A stretch of DNA of 64,000 bases from Rhina ancylostomus (lineage: Eukaryota), in NCBI GenBank assembly GCA_030265395.1, contig JARFYF010000050.1, positions 18,934,044 to 18,998,043 of the forward strand, in the 5' to 3' direction. This document shows positions 53,781-64,000 of the stretch, piece by piece. Position numbers and translations under genes: made by a program. Under the pieces are notes generated by a model. It did not search any database and was not told the DNA's origin. It worked only from the letters and a program-made list of their open reading frames with translations. Every line of letters begins with the position of its first letter. The first letter of the stretch is position 1.

Positions 53781-55149
53781 CACTAACTGACCTTAACAGG
53801 TAATAGTTTTCAGTGACTGATTACCCCCAGTATGACAGACAATTGCCCTTTATGTTATCATAAACCGTTTGCCTTGGCAAAGCAGATGTAAACATTTCCC
53901 TGGTATATTAGATGCATTTTGGCTCATAGTGTTAATGAATACAGGAACTATAAACGCGGTTTTATCTTATATTTTCCCAATGAAAATTTTATTCTGCACC
54001 CCAGATGATCTCACACGCTGCTTTACCAATAAAGGAAGAAATCATCGACCAAGCCCAATAAGCTATCAGTATAAGTAAATTAAAAAGATTGATATATGAG
54101 CTAGCAATTTCTACTTTATCAGGGACCCTGAGTATATTTTCTGGTTCTACAGAGTGCTTTCTAGCCAAGGGTTAAACGTTTTTCTTTTGTTTCGTTTCTA
54201 TGGAGAAATCAAGCAAATTTAATAATATCTAACTATTCAATTTACATTAATCATCTTTGAACAGTTGCCTTCTCAGCGCTAGACTATATCTACTGATTAT
54301 TAAAAACTCTGCATTCCAATTCCAAACAGTTAATCATTCAGCTTTTATAGATATTAAATAGCACTGCCTTAAATGCTTCAGTTGAATCAATCTGCAAATC
54401 AGCTGTTCTGTAATTTCTCTTCCTCTAAAGTTTTATTAATGTTATATCCATGCCTTCTATTTCTACGTTTGCATTCAAATTACACCCTGCTCATAATTTA
54501 GACCATTTGTCAATGTTCATCATATTTATGTGTTTTGGGATTTGATTTATGAATTCATTTATTGTAGTTTTTAGTAAAAATAGATGAGTAAATATAAAAT
54601 AAATAGATTATTGTATTGAAAAGAACTATAAAAATAATAGACAATACAGATGAGTATTGTAGAGTCATCTTATTCCATTATTCCCAGAATTTGAAATCTT
54701 TTGCAGATGATGAAATGTATAGTGGAATCTTTTAATTGTAAGGGCAATCTTTTAATTGTAATGTTTTGTTTATTATTAAGAGGAAAAACCACAAGAGATA
54801 GACTTTCATCATGCTACAATTTACATTTAAACATTTGAACAAAAGATATACCCAGAAAATCTTGGAAGATAGAAAGGAAATAAGACAACCAAATTACAAA
54901 AAGCAGAACATTCATTATAATGTATTAAAATATTTTCTGTTGAAAGATATTTGACCTGAAAGGTGAACTGTTTTTATCTTTATAGATGCTGCTGACCTTC
55001 TGAGAATTTCCAGTATTTTCTGTTTTATTACAGAATGCATTAAAATGGCTGTAGACTTAGGTGTATCCAATATCTTAATTTATTCTTTTCAAGTTTAGAG
55101 CTTGCACCTCCGTTTTTCTTCCCAGTACAGACCTACACCTCCTAACTCA

Positions 55150-55600
55150 CAAGATGCTGGATCAGATAGCATCTATGGAGGGAAATGGACAGTCAATGTT
55201 TTGGGTCAATATCCTTCACCTAGATTGATAGATAGAAGGGAGATAGTTGCTACAAAAAGATGAAGAGAAGGGGTGGATCAAGAGCAAGTAAGTGATAGAC
55301 AATCCAGTTGAGGAGGGATGATAGGCAGATGGAGGAGGGGAGAGTGGAAATAGAGGCAGAAGCTGGGAGGTGATAGGTGAAGGCAGTAAAGGGCGGAAGA
55401 TGATGGAATCTGATAGGTGAGGAAAGTAGAGTATGGAATCAAGTGACGGAGGTGGGGAGGGCAGATGGGAACAGTGGGGAGGAGACTACCCAGAGGAATA
55501 ATGAGATGCCGTTCCTCTGGTTTGTGTTTAGCCTCACCCTGGCAGTAGAAGATCTAAATTTCCTGTTTTATTGCAGATTTTAGCATCTGCACTATTTTGC
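55150..55600 (-). mobile_element. Penelope-like element 3' UTR/terminal repeat remnant
   Basis: gcatctatggagggaaatggacagtcaatgttttgggtc tail on the minus strand followed by the purine-rich 3' UTR region. Confidence 0.6.
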
Positions 55601-56334
55601 TATCAGATTGATTTCTTCTAAACTCGTATTCATGCAATCACATTTGACTACAACAAAATCTAAAATCACACTGTGAACAAAATCAGCTATTTCTGCTCTC
55701 CCCTCCTCCACCTCCCTATCATCCCTCTTCAACTGGATCATCAATCATTATCAATACTCTATATAATAATGCTATATGGATTGTTCCAATGCCGTTCATA
55801 GACTACCCAATAATATCCAACCTGTAATNNNNNNNNNNNNNNNNNNNNNNNNNNNNNNNNNNNNNNNNNNNNNNNNNNNNNNNNNNNNNNNNNNNNNNNN
55901 NNNNNNNNNNNNNNNNNNNNNNNNNNNNNNNNNNNNNNNNNNNNNNNNNNNNNNNNNNNNNNNNNNNNNNNNNNNNNNNNNNNNNNNNNNNNNNNNNNNN
56001 NNNNNNNNNNNNNNNNNNNNNNNNNNNNNNNNNNNNNNNNNNNNNNNNNNNNNNNNNNNNNNNNNNNNNNNNNNNNNNNNNNNNNNNNNNNNNNNNNNNN
56101 NNNNNNNNNNNNNNNNNNNNNNNNNNNNNNNNNNNNNNNNNNNNNNNNNNNNNNNNNNNNNNNNNNNNNNNNNNNNNNNNNNNNNNNNNNNNNNNNNNNN
56201 NNNNNNNNNNNNNNNNNNNNNNNNNNNNNNNNNNNNNNNNNNNNNNNNNNNNNNNNNNNNNNNNNNNNNNNNNNNNNNNNNNNNNNNNNNNNNNNNNNNN
56301 NNNNNNNNNNNNNNNNNNNNNNNNNNNNNNNGAG

Positions 56335-56898
56335 GGGAAGAAGCTGTTCCTGAATCATTGAGTGTGGGTCTTCAGGCTCCTGTACCTCCTCCCTGATGGT
56401 AGTAATGACAGGAGGGCACATCCTAGATGGTGAGGGTTCATAGTCATGGATTCTGCCTTCTTGAGGCACTGCCTCTTGAAGATGTCCTTGATGGTGGGGA
56501 GGGTTGTGCCTGTGATGGAGCTGGCTGACTCTACAACCCTCTGCAGCCTCTTGCAATCCTGTGCATTGGAGCCTCCTTTCCAGGCTGTGATGTAACCAGT
56601 CAGAATGCTCTCTACCATACATCTATAGAAATTTGCAAAAGTCTTTGGTGATATACCAAATCTAATGAAGCAGACCCATTGGCATGCCTTCTTCATGATT
56701 GCATCAATGTGTTGCACCCAGGATAGATCCTCCGAGATGTTCATGCCCAGGAACTTAAGGCTGCTCACCCTTTCCATCGCTGACCCCTCAATGAGGACTG
56801 GTGTGGGTTCTCTTGACTTCCCCTTCCTGAAGTCCACAATCAATTCCTTCGTCTTGCTAACGTTGAGTGCAAGGTTGTTGTTGTGACACCACTCAACC
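56335..56898 (-). mobile_element. Rex1/Babar-type LINE, RT C-terminal fragment
   Basis: WCHNNNLALNVSKTKELIVDFRK...VSSLKFLGMNISEDLSW...FYRCMVESILT...LLPSGRRYRSLKTHT. Confidence 0.85.
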
Positions 56899-57482
56899 TT
56901 CAAAGGTATTTTGTCCAACTTCCACAGTTGAGGATTTATATCTTCTGAGATGAAGTTTTTAACATTGTAATAATGACAGGAAATGTTATGTAATCTTCCC
57001 ATAGTACCTCTTGGAATGATTTGTCTTTTCTTTTGTCTCTCCACAATTAGATCAGCTTACTTACACTGTTAAAGGACAAATGTAGATACGTACTAAGGTG
57101 ATGGGAGAAATGGGTTTACAAAAACCCAAGTCAGAAAGTAGATTGTGTCAGGAAATTTGGAAGGAGAAAGTTTGAACTGGATCTCATCATGTCTGCACCT
57201 GCAAAATATTCTAATTTGAGGTGCCATCCTCCTCTACCCAAACTGCATTAGAAATGCTAAACTCTACATTGGTTTGTAAGCTGTAGATATACCACTGTAT
57301 GAAGGAAAAAAAATTCTCCTAAATATGTTAATAAGAAGCCTAAAGATTGCTTTGGGTTTAATGTGGAGTTTGGCTACACTGATTATAATAGGCATTGAGC
57401 CTGCTGCTCTCTGGGAGCATCTGGTCTATATGCAACTTACCCAACTACAGTTGATAGGGTGGCTGTAGGCTGACAAAATAAA

Positions 57483-58168
57483 GAGGGGCACTCCCAGTCA
57501 GATCCTTCCTGCATGGTCAGAACATCATTCCCAGTGGGTGCTGCCGCTGGGAGGACTGCTCTGGGGTCGAGATGGTCACCCACCTCTTTGCGGGCTGTAG
57601 GTTTACGAGGAGGGTGTGGCGAAAGATGCAAGGGTCCTTGTCACATTTCATCCCCAGCAGCTATGTAACAGAGGATTCTCTGATCTATGGGCTGTTTCTG
57701 GGGACACACACACAGAGGGACATCAACTGCTGCTGGAAGGTCATCAAACGGTGAAAGACGCCCTTTGGTCTGCCTGAAACTTGTTGGCCTGCCAGCACTG
57801 TGAGATGTCCGTAGAGGAATGCTGCCGATTGGCACATTCTAGGTTGCTGGAGTACGTGCTGAGGGACGCACTGAAGCTGGGTGCAGCCAACGCAAGGGCT
57901 CGGTGGGGAAGGACGACAGTCTAGGGTTCTTCTGCCACTGGAGATGGAGGGGTGGGGTCAGGCGAGGAAGCCCCTTAAATATTGTAAATATGGGATTGGG
58001 GTAGCACCCCAGGGAGCCACATGGTGTGGCATTGGTGCTGTTTTTTGTATATATAAAAAGGTAACACTAATGATTGATCCATACATGAATGTAAATGTTT
58101 TCACTGTTTTATTGTTGTATATAGTTTGTTTTTTATGATGAATAAAGTTTATTTTGGAATAAAAAAAT
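57483..58168 (+). mobile_element. 5'-truncated Tx1/L1-clade LINE 3' end
   Basis: EDSLIYGLFLGTHTQRDINCCWKVI...EYVLRDALKLGAANARARWGRTTV*, AATAAA at 58141, A-rich end; possible target-site duplication AAAATAAAG. Confidence 0.8.
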
Positions 58169-58753
58169 AAAGTGGATTTTAAAATAATGTTTCTTAAGAA
58201 CCCAGAAAGAGCAAGAGTACTCCTGTTAGCTGTACAACAAAGATGTTGATTGACACTGGCCAACACTCACTCATCTTAACTCATTACTTGTCCCTACCCA
58301 CAGGCTTACTTTAGGATTTTGCTGAAGTTTCAGCTGAACTGACAGGTTTTGCTGCTGCTGGACAACTGCTAAAATTATATTTGGGGTCAAGACTAGTCTT
58401 GCGGCAACCATTGTAAAGAAGCCAGTGGACCATATTGGTTTGGTACTGTTGCTAGCCTCATTTAGTGTCACCACCTGATTCTAGTCCAGTCCAATGTCTA
58501 CTCCTGAAAAATCAAAAAAAAAACTGCTGATGCTGGAAATCTAGAACAAAAACAGAAAATGCTTGAAGCTTAGACATATAAGCCTATAAAACTTTAAAAC
58601 TGCACTGGGCACTGCCTTGGGGAATAAATAAAAATGGTTAAAGCATTAAATCACATGTGTTGTTGAGAGTTGTAGGAAGCCTGCTTTAATACGACGTACA
58701 CAAATTCACAGCAATGCAAACTGATAATGACAATGAAACAAAAGCAGAACATG

Positions 58754-58891
58754 CTGGAAATACTCAGCAGGTCCAGTGCATCTGTGGGAAGAAAAATAGA
58801 GTCAACACTCCAGGTTAGAGGGTTTCTGATTTGAAACATTGATTTTGTTTCTCTTTCCACAGATGCCGTCTGACTTGCTGAGTATTTCCAG
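58754..58891. repeat. Inverted pair of Penelope-type tails (fold-back)
   Basis: ctggaaatactcagcaggtc..gcatctgtgggaag pairs with ctttccacagatgc..gacttgctgagtatttccag. Confidence 0.8.
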
Positions 58892-60959
58892 TCTCTGGGC
58901 CTGTTCTTCTGCATACTTTTCTCATTTCCTATATTTGTTTCATTAGTCCCATAGGCATCATTAAACATTGTCCTATATTTCTTTTATAACTTGGTGGCTT
59001 ATTTCTTGACTTGTCAATAGCTCTGGTTTCCTTTTTTCCTTTTGCCAAAGGCACCGCCACTTTCATTATAAATAAGCTTGTTTTATATCTACCTCTTTGT
59101 TCAATTTTTTTAAATTTATTGGAGTTTTGCTGTTAAAAGTGTAGTTTTCTGTTAATAGTGACTCTTAAAAATCTTTGACATTTCATTAAAGAAGTGTTTT
59201 GTGTCTGAAGGCACTCAACTCTTTTAGGTAAATTCGATTTATTTTCTCTGTGTAGGTCTTTTGCTATCTATTTGTGCTTTTCTGTGGTGGTGTTTATTGT
59301 CTGATGACCTGATTGTGGATTAGATGTGGTGTGCTTTCTGGATGTTCAGCTGTTGCCATGGCAGCAGCCAGAGGAGGTGCTGTGCATTGTGAGTTGGGTT
59401 TGAATGCAATTGAGCAGCTGCTAAATGTTTCTGTCAGGAAGGGTTTAAAGAACCTTGCAGAAGCTATTTTCATATCCTGTATGATAGTAATCCCATTAAA
59501 TACATCCAATGGATGCTGTCTAATTGGTCCAGAAATGCAAATCNNNNNNNNNNNNNNNNNNNNNNNNNNNNNNNNNNNNNNNNNNNNNNNNNNNNNNNNN
59601 NNNNNNNNNNNNNNNNNNNNNNNNNNNNNNNNNNNNNNNNNNNATGCAAATCTATGTGTAAACAAAAAGGGCCGAAACACATAGGAGATCAATCAACATT
59701 GGAAAGGGAGGTTCTTTGCAGTTGCATAAACATGGCACTTTAAACCTAAACTGACAATTCTAATAAAAACACATAGACCTCTATCTACAAATGCTCAGCA
59801 ACTTTTTGTATTTTCCCAATATAATGGGTTAATATTTGTAGGAATCATATATCACACGGTTAATAGATAGACATTCTCATTTGCTTGATGCAGTTGGTGG
59901 GAAGACAAGTCCAATTTTGAGGCAATGCCTCTCAGTGGGCTAGCTCTACATATGTCCTCCACCACCCTCAATCCACTCATCCCACTGATAGGTAACAGGC
60001 TAATTGGGACTGTGATAAATGTGGTGGAATGACTGCTATTTAAAGGCACCCTGAAGCCCCTTAAAGGGAATGGCTATTTTTCAATGGTGATAGCACTTAG
60101 TTTCATCCAGCAGCCACTGGAATAGTCACAGAGATGTCTGTGTGGCAAGTGAGTTGTAGAAAGGAGGGCCNNNNNNNNNNNNNNNNNNNNNNNNNNNNNN
60201 NNNNNNNNNNNNNNNNNNNNNNNNNNNNNNNNNNNNNNNNNNNNNNNNNNNNNNNNNNNNNNNNNNNNNNAGAAAGGAGGGCCTTTGCTTGGTTGATTTA
60301 AGAGTTTAAACTATTCCACAGCCACATCAAGTAGTTAGAGCAAGATATTGTTCAATTTGTCCTAATGCTTAATTGCTGTTCTCAGTGTGCTGGACACTGG
60401 GTGAATTCCTACAAAGATCTGCTGGTTTCTGCAACTCTACTAAATTCACTGGGGCCATGTTTAGAAGTTAGTAATAAAAGAAAGAGGTCACGGTGGACCC
60501 AATGGCAGCAGTGGGATAGAGGGGATGATAGGTCAGGTGGAGCCAAGCAGGGCACCCCTTCCCTTTCCCTGTTTATACACTTCCCTGTACACCAGTTCCC
60601 ACAATGTTCTCCACTCTCTGTGACCAGATAGGAAGCCACATGGTCGGCTTCCTAGGGGAATGGAGTAGCCTCAGGCTGATACACACCATAATGGTTGTTG
60701 GTGGTGTCAGTGGGAATGAAAGTGGCACCTTGTCTGGTCCTTGTACAGGGAAAATAGTTGTTTAGAAGTGCATGTTCCCTTTAATAATCTGCAAACTATA
60801 CACAAGCTTTCATTATACTCTGATTATCCTAATGTAGGTTGAAAAGTTGAAAGAATTGATATCCTGACAGTTCTTTGTCAGAATATGGCACAAAGCCCCT
60901 AATATTTAATTAATCTGATAATATTGAATATCTGGTCACCCTAGTTTGCAGGGAAAAAG

Positions 60960-61140
60960 ATGGGGTTGACGTCTGGGTGATGGACCTTGTGGTAGGGAAC
61001 AAAGGCAACTAGGTTTTCCCTAATATTTAGTTGGAGGAAATCTTTGCTCCTCCAGTAATGGATGTCAGACAAACAGTGTGATGATGCACAGAAGTGGGAT
61101 TGAGAGATTTGAGGGGAAGGTAGAGCACGTAGTCACATAA
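60960..61140 (-). mobile_element. L2-like LINE RT fragment
   Basis: Minus strand tgtttgtctgacatccattactgga...ttcctccaactaaatattagggaaaacc resembles CLSDIxxWM...FLQLNIGKT. Confidence 0.5.
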
Positions 61141-61219
61141 AACCTAATGTGTTTTTGTCTGATAATATAGGAGAGCACCCTCTCTGGTCTTATAGAGCTT
61201 GAGATGTTTATTTAATACA

Positions 61220-61810
61220 AGAGCCCAATATTCACAATGACATTTTCATGAATTGGCCTCCTGTACAATGGAGAAACCAAATGCAGATTGGCTGATTGCT
61301 TTGCGGAACGCCTGTGCTCAGTCCACAGGGTGACCCAGAGCTTCCTTCTGCATGCCATTTTAATTCTTGATCCCACTCCTATTCCAGTCTACTTGTCCAT
61401 GGCCTCCACCACTGCCAAGATGAGGCCCAATGTAAACCAGAGGAACAATATCTTCCTTCTGGGCACTTTGTAACCTTCTGAGATGAACCTTGAATTTTCC
61501 AACTTGAAGTAAACTGCTCTCTCATTGTTCCTCAATATCAGACTTGTGTCCCTTTCTCACCTTATTTCTATAACATGTCTCCCTGACGGTCAGTAGTCAT
61601 GCAGCTTATCATCTGATCTGTCTTAATCAATCTCCATATAGTCCTTTATCTTGCATCTCATTCCTCCCCACTGTTTTGAAAACTGTACCCCTTGCACTCT
61701 GCTCCCAAATCTAATGAAGGGTCCCTGGCCCAAAAAGTTAACTGGTTTTTCTTTCCACAAATGCTGCCTGGGTGGCTGAGTTTTCCCAACATCTTCTGTT
61801 TTTGTTTCTA
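61220..61810 (+). mobile_element. Penelope-like element: GIY-YIG remnant plus terminal repeat
   Basis: LYNGETKCRLADCFAERLCSVHR...ACHFNS...EEQYL...GTL...MNLEFSN, then a tail ctaatgaagggtccctggcccaaaagttaact...ccacaaatgctgcc. Confidence 0.8.
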
Positions 61811-62126
61811 ATATTAAAACGTGTCAGAATTATTCAGCTCAGGCTGTTGTAGATACTGGTTATGAGAGAAAACGTAGCAATTGTGATGCATAGACTGACC
61901 GAAAGATGTGTTATATCCTACATAATGTAAGTTATTTCTTCTTTCTTGCTGGGGCATCAGGATTGAGCGAGAAACTTATAGCCTTGTATGATTAGCTACT
62001 GAATCATTAGGCTTGTAATATCAAAGTATCCAAGGATTGAATGGTGGCCAAATATTTATTTATTAATGCCAATTGAAAAAAGATATACTGGTGAGTAAGA
62101 GGTCTGAACTATCACTGAAGAGACTG

Positions 62127-62163
62127 AGTTAACATTTCAGGCTGGTGACCTTTCATCAGAACT
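62127..62163 (-). ncRNA. Minimal type I hammerhead ribozyme-like motif (Penelope-derived)
   Basis: AGTT-CTGATGA-a-AGGtcaccagCCT-GAAA-t-GTT-AACT: both core boxes intact, stem I AGTT/AACT, stem II AGG/CCT. Activity unproven. Confidence 0.5.
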
Positions 62164-62349
62164 CTTGCACACATACTGGCCACATCAATGATCACTGCTG
62201 ATGTAAGGTCATTGATGTGAAACACTAACTTAGTTTTTGTCTCCACGAGTGCTGCTGGACATGTTGCTTTTCACCAAATTTCTGGCATTTGCAGTATTTC
62301 ACTTTTGATGCTTAATACAAAATAGTTGACCTTTATTAAAAATTGTTCC

Positions 62350-62725
62350 TTACAAGAAAGAACAAGTTGCATTTCTGCAGTTATTTTCATGTCCATTCCA
62401 GGCAATAAAATGTATTTTGAAATGTAGACACTATTGTAATGTGGGAAATATGGCAGTTAAGTTGTGCAGGGCAAGGTCCCACAAGCAGCAATGTGATAAC
62501 GGCTAAGTATTCTGTTTTTGTGAGGTTAGTCACACGATAAAAAATAGCCTGGCCGTTATTATATTTCAGTATTATAGCAGAGACTGAGGCCATTGGGCTC
62601 ATGGGTTAATGCTGACTCCCGCAGAGTAATAATGGGGGCAACTCCCCTGTAACTCTCATCCAAAGGAGGATACTTCTGATAGTGTGGCACTCCTTCAGTA
62701 CCACAACGAAGTGTCAGTCCTTGAT
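62350..62725 (-). mobile_element. DeuSINE (SacSINE1/AmnSINE1-like) remnant
   Basis: tttgaaatgtagacactattgtaatgt...caaggtcccacaagcagcaatgtgataa...ctcatccaaag...gcactccttcagtac...agtgtcag matches my recollection of the Deu-domain SINE consensus in reverse. Confidence 0.65.
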
Positions 62726-64000
62726 CCTTGCCCTTTAATGGCTGAACGTAATACAAATACGTAGTGGTTGAGCTTGACTCAATAAACTAGAAGGGTTAAA
62801 CTCCAAGTTTTGGCAGCAAGGGGATTGTGTTGAGATCTTTTAGGTATGGAACATCAGGTCACTCAACCCTCTACCTCAGGAAAGGTAAGTACAAGTGGGT
62901 GGCACATGCATGGTGACTTTGGGTAGCAGGCTGGGCCCAACCCAGTCTATCCCAATGCTTTTATTAGCATCATGCAGTTGTAAATTAATGTTTCTCAGGA
63001 TGAAATGCGATGAACTGCTTTGTTTTGCATCATTCTGGAAGTGCAACAGGGCGCTACCATACTTGGGTCACTCTTGGAACCCTGATGCAATTTTTACTTC
63101 TGTAGCACCTGGGATCATAGCATGCTCTGATTGTTGTGAGAAAACTCAGGTTCATTTGTCTTGGGTGAGGTGGTCATCGGACACTCCCAGGATAACCAAG
63201 TTTTAGTAGCGCAGTGCTGGATTAGGAACTTTGTACTGTAGGTTCTTTATCACCTTTCCTTGTTCAGCCCTATCCCATGAAATGTGGCATAAACTCCCTC
63301 CCCTGACCTACTGATCTCACTCCCAGAAATGTGAGACCCAGGTCCCATCCTCCCAACTCTCCAATTCTCGTGAACCCCACTGTCATTCCATTCTGCCTGA
63401 TCCCCATTCCCCCTCAGATCCTCCTGATGTTACAAGGCACAGCCTTCCCCCTACTCCTACCATCCTCCTGACACATGGATTCTCTTGTGATCCTTATGGA
63501 GACAAGATCTCCACCTCACCTTCCAGAGTATCTGTGCGATTGTCATTTCCATCCCCAGACCATAATCCTTCCAGACCTCCCCTACTTGCTTCCAATCACA
63601 CATCCTGATTTTTGCAGATTTCCCACTCACCTGACCACAGGCATCAATTGGTCCAGATGATGTCCAGTACTATCCCTTTGCCCACTCTCCCCCTCCCCCA
63701 GCACCACATCTTGACCAAAGGTTTGATTGATTCTCATCATTACTTCCCTAGCCCACCTCAACCATAAGCCCAATTGGATACATGGCCACTGGCCCATTAC
63801 CACACTCACTAAACCCAGCCCCATTCCCAATGGCACACTTCCAACTGCAAAGACATGTAAAGCTCTGAGATTTGAAATGCTGTGGCTCACGATCAAAATG
63901 TTCGTCTGTGTCCCACTAAAACACCAACCTGGTGCATCTGTTTGAATGTACTACAATTTCTAGTCAATTTTCTTTTCTGCACATAGTGGAGCATAAAGCC

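Noticed and set aside
55759-56622. Long ORFs of 206-287 aa
   Set aside because: Length comes from N runs; the real sequence is an alternative frame of a Rex1/Babar remnant.
58310-58503. Minus-strand exon candidate (tttttcag acceptor, AAA|GTAAGC donor, QQQQ-containing ORF)
   Set aside because: Stops in all frames from the strong acceptor, which is partly repeat-derived; no recognisable protein similarity.
62843-62890. Plus-strand micro-exon with AAG|GTAAGT donor
   Set aside because: No partner exons or recognisable peptide, and it lies among decayed repeats.

Overview
Eukaryotic vertebrate genomic DNA, AT-rich, from a gapped scaffold. The repeat families (Penelope tails, HE1-like and DeuSINE-type SINEs, CR1) suggest a cartilaginous fish; this is an inference. 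Two convergent intron-containing genes reproduce the human 17q25 pair. SLC16A3/MCT4 lies on + with four coding exons at 23252-30625, a probable CpG/HRE-rich promoter near 1.1-3.2 kb and a candidate 5'UTR exon at 15.4 kb. CSNK1D lies on - with coding exons 1-5 at 53347-35117 and a CRE-rich promoter; exons 6 onward are not visible and probably fall in the 32.6 kb gap. The rest is intronic or intergenic DNA with decayed CR1, L2, Rex1/Babar, Tx1/L1, Penelope-like elements and SINEs. I found no clearly new gene system. The best leads are hammerhead-ribozyme-like cores in the Penelope tails, a poly(A)-tailed foreign segment inside the last MCT4 exon, uORFs in the CK1delta leader, an HRE cluster, and two notable amino-acid substitutions. 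Repeat boundaries are approximate, and human comparisons are from memory, not from alignments.
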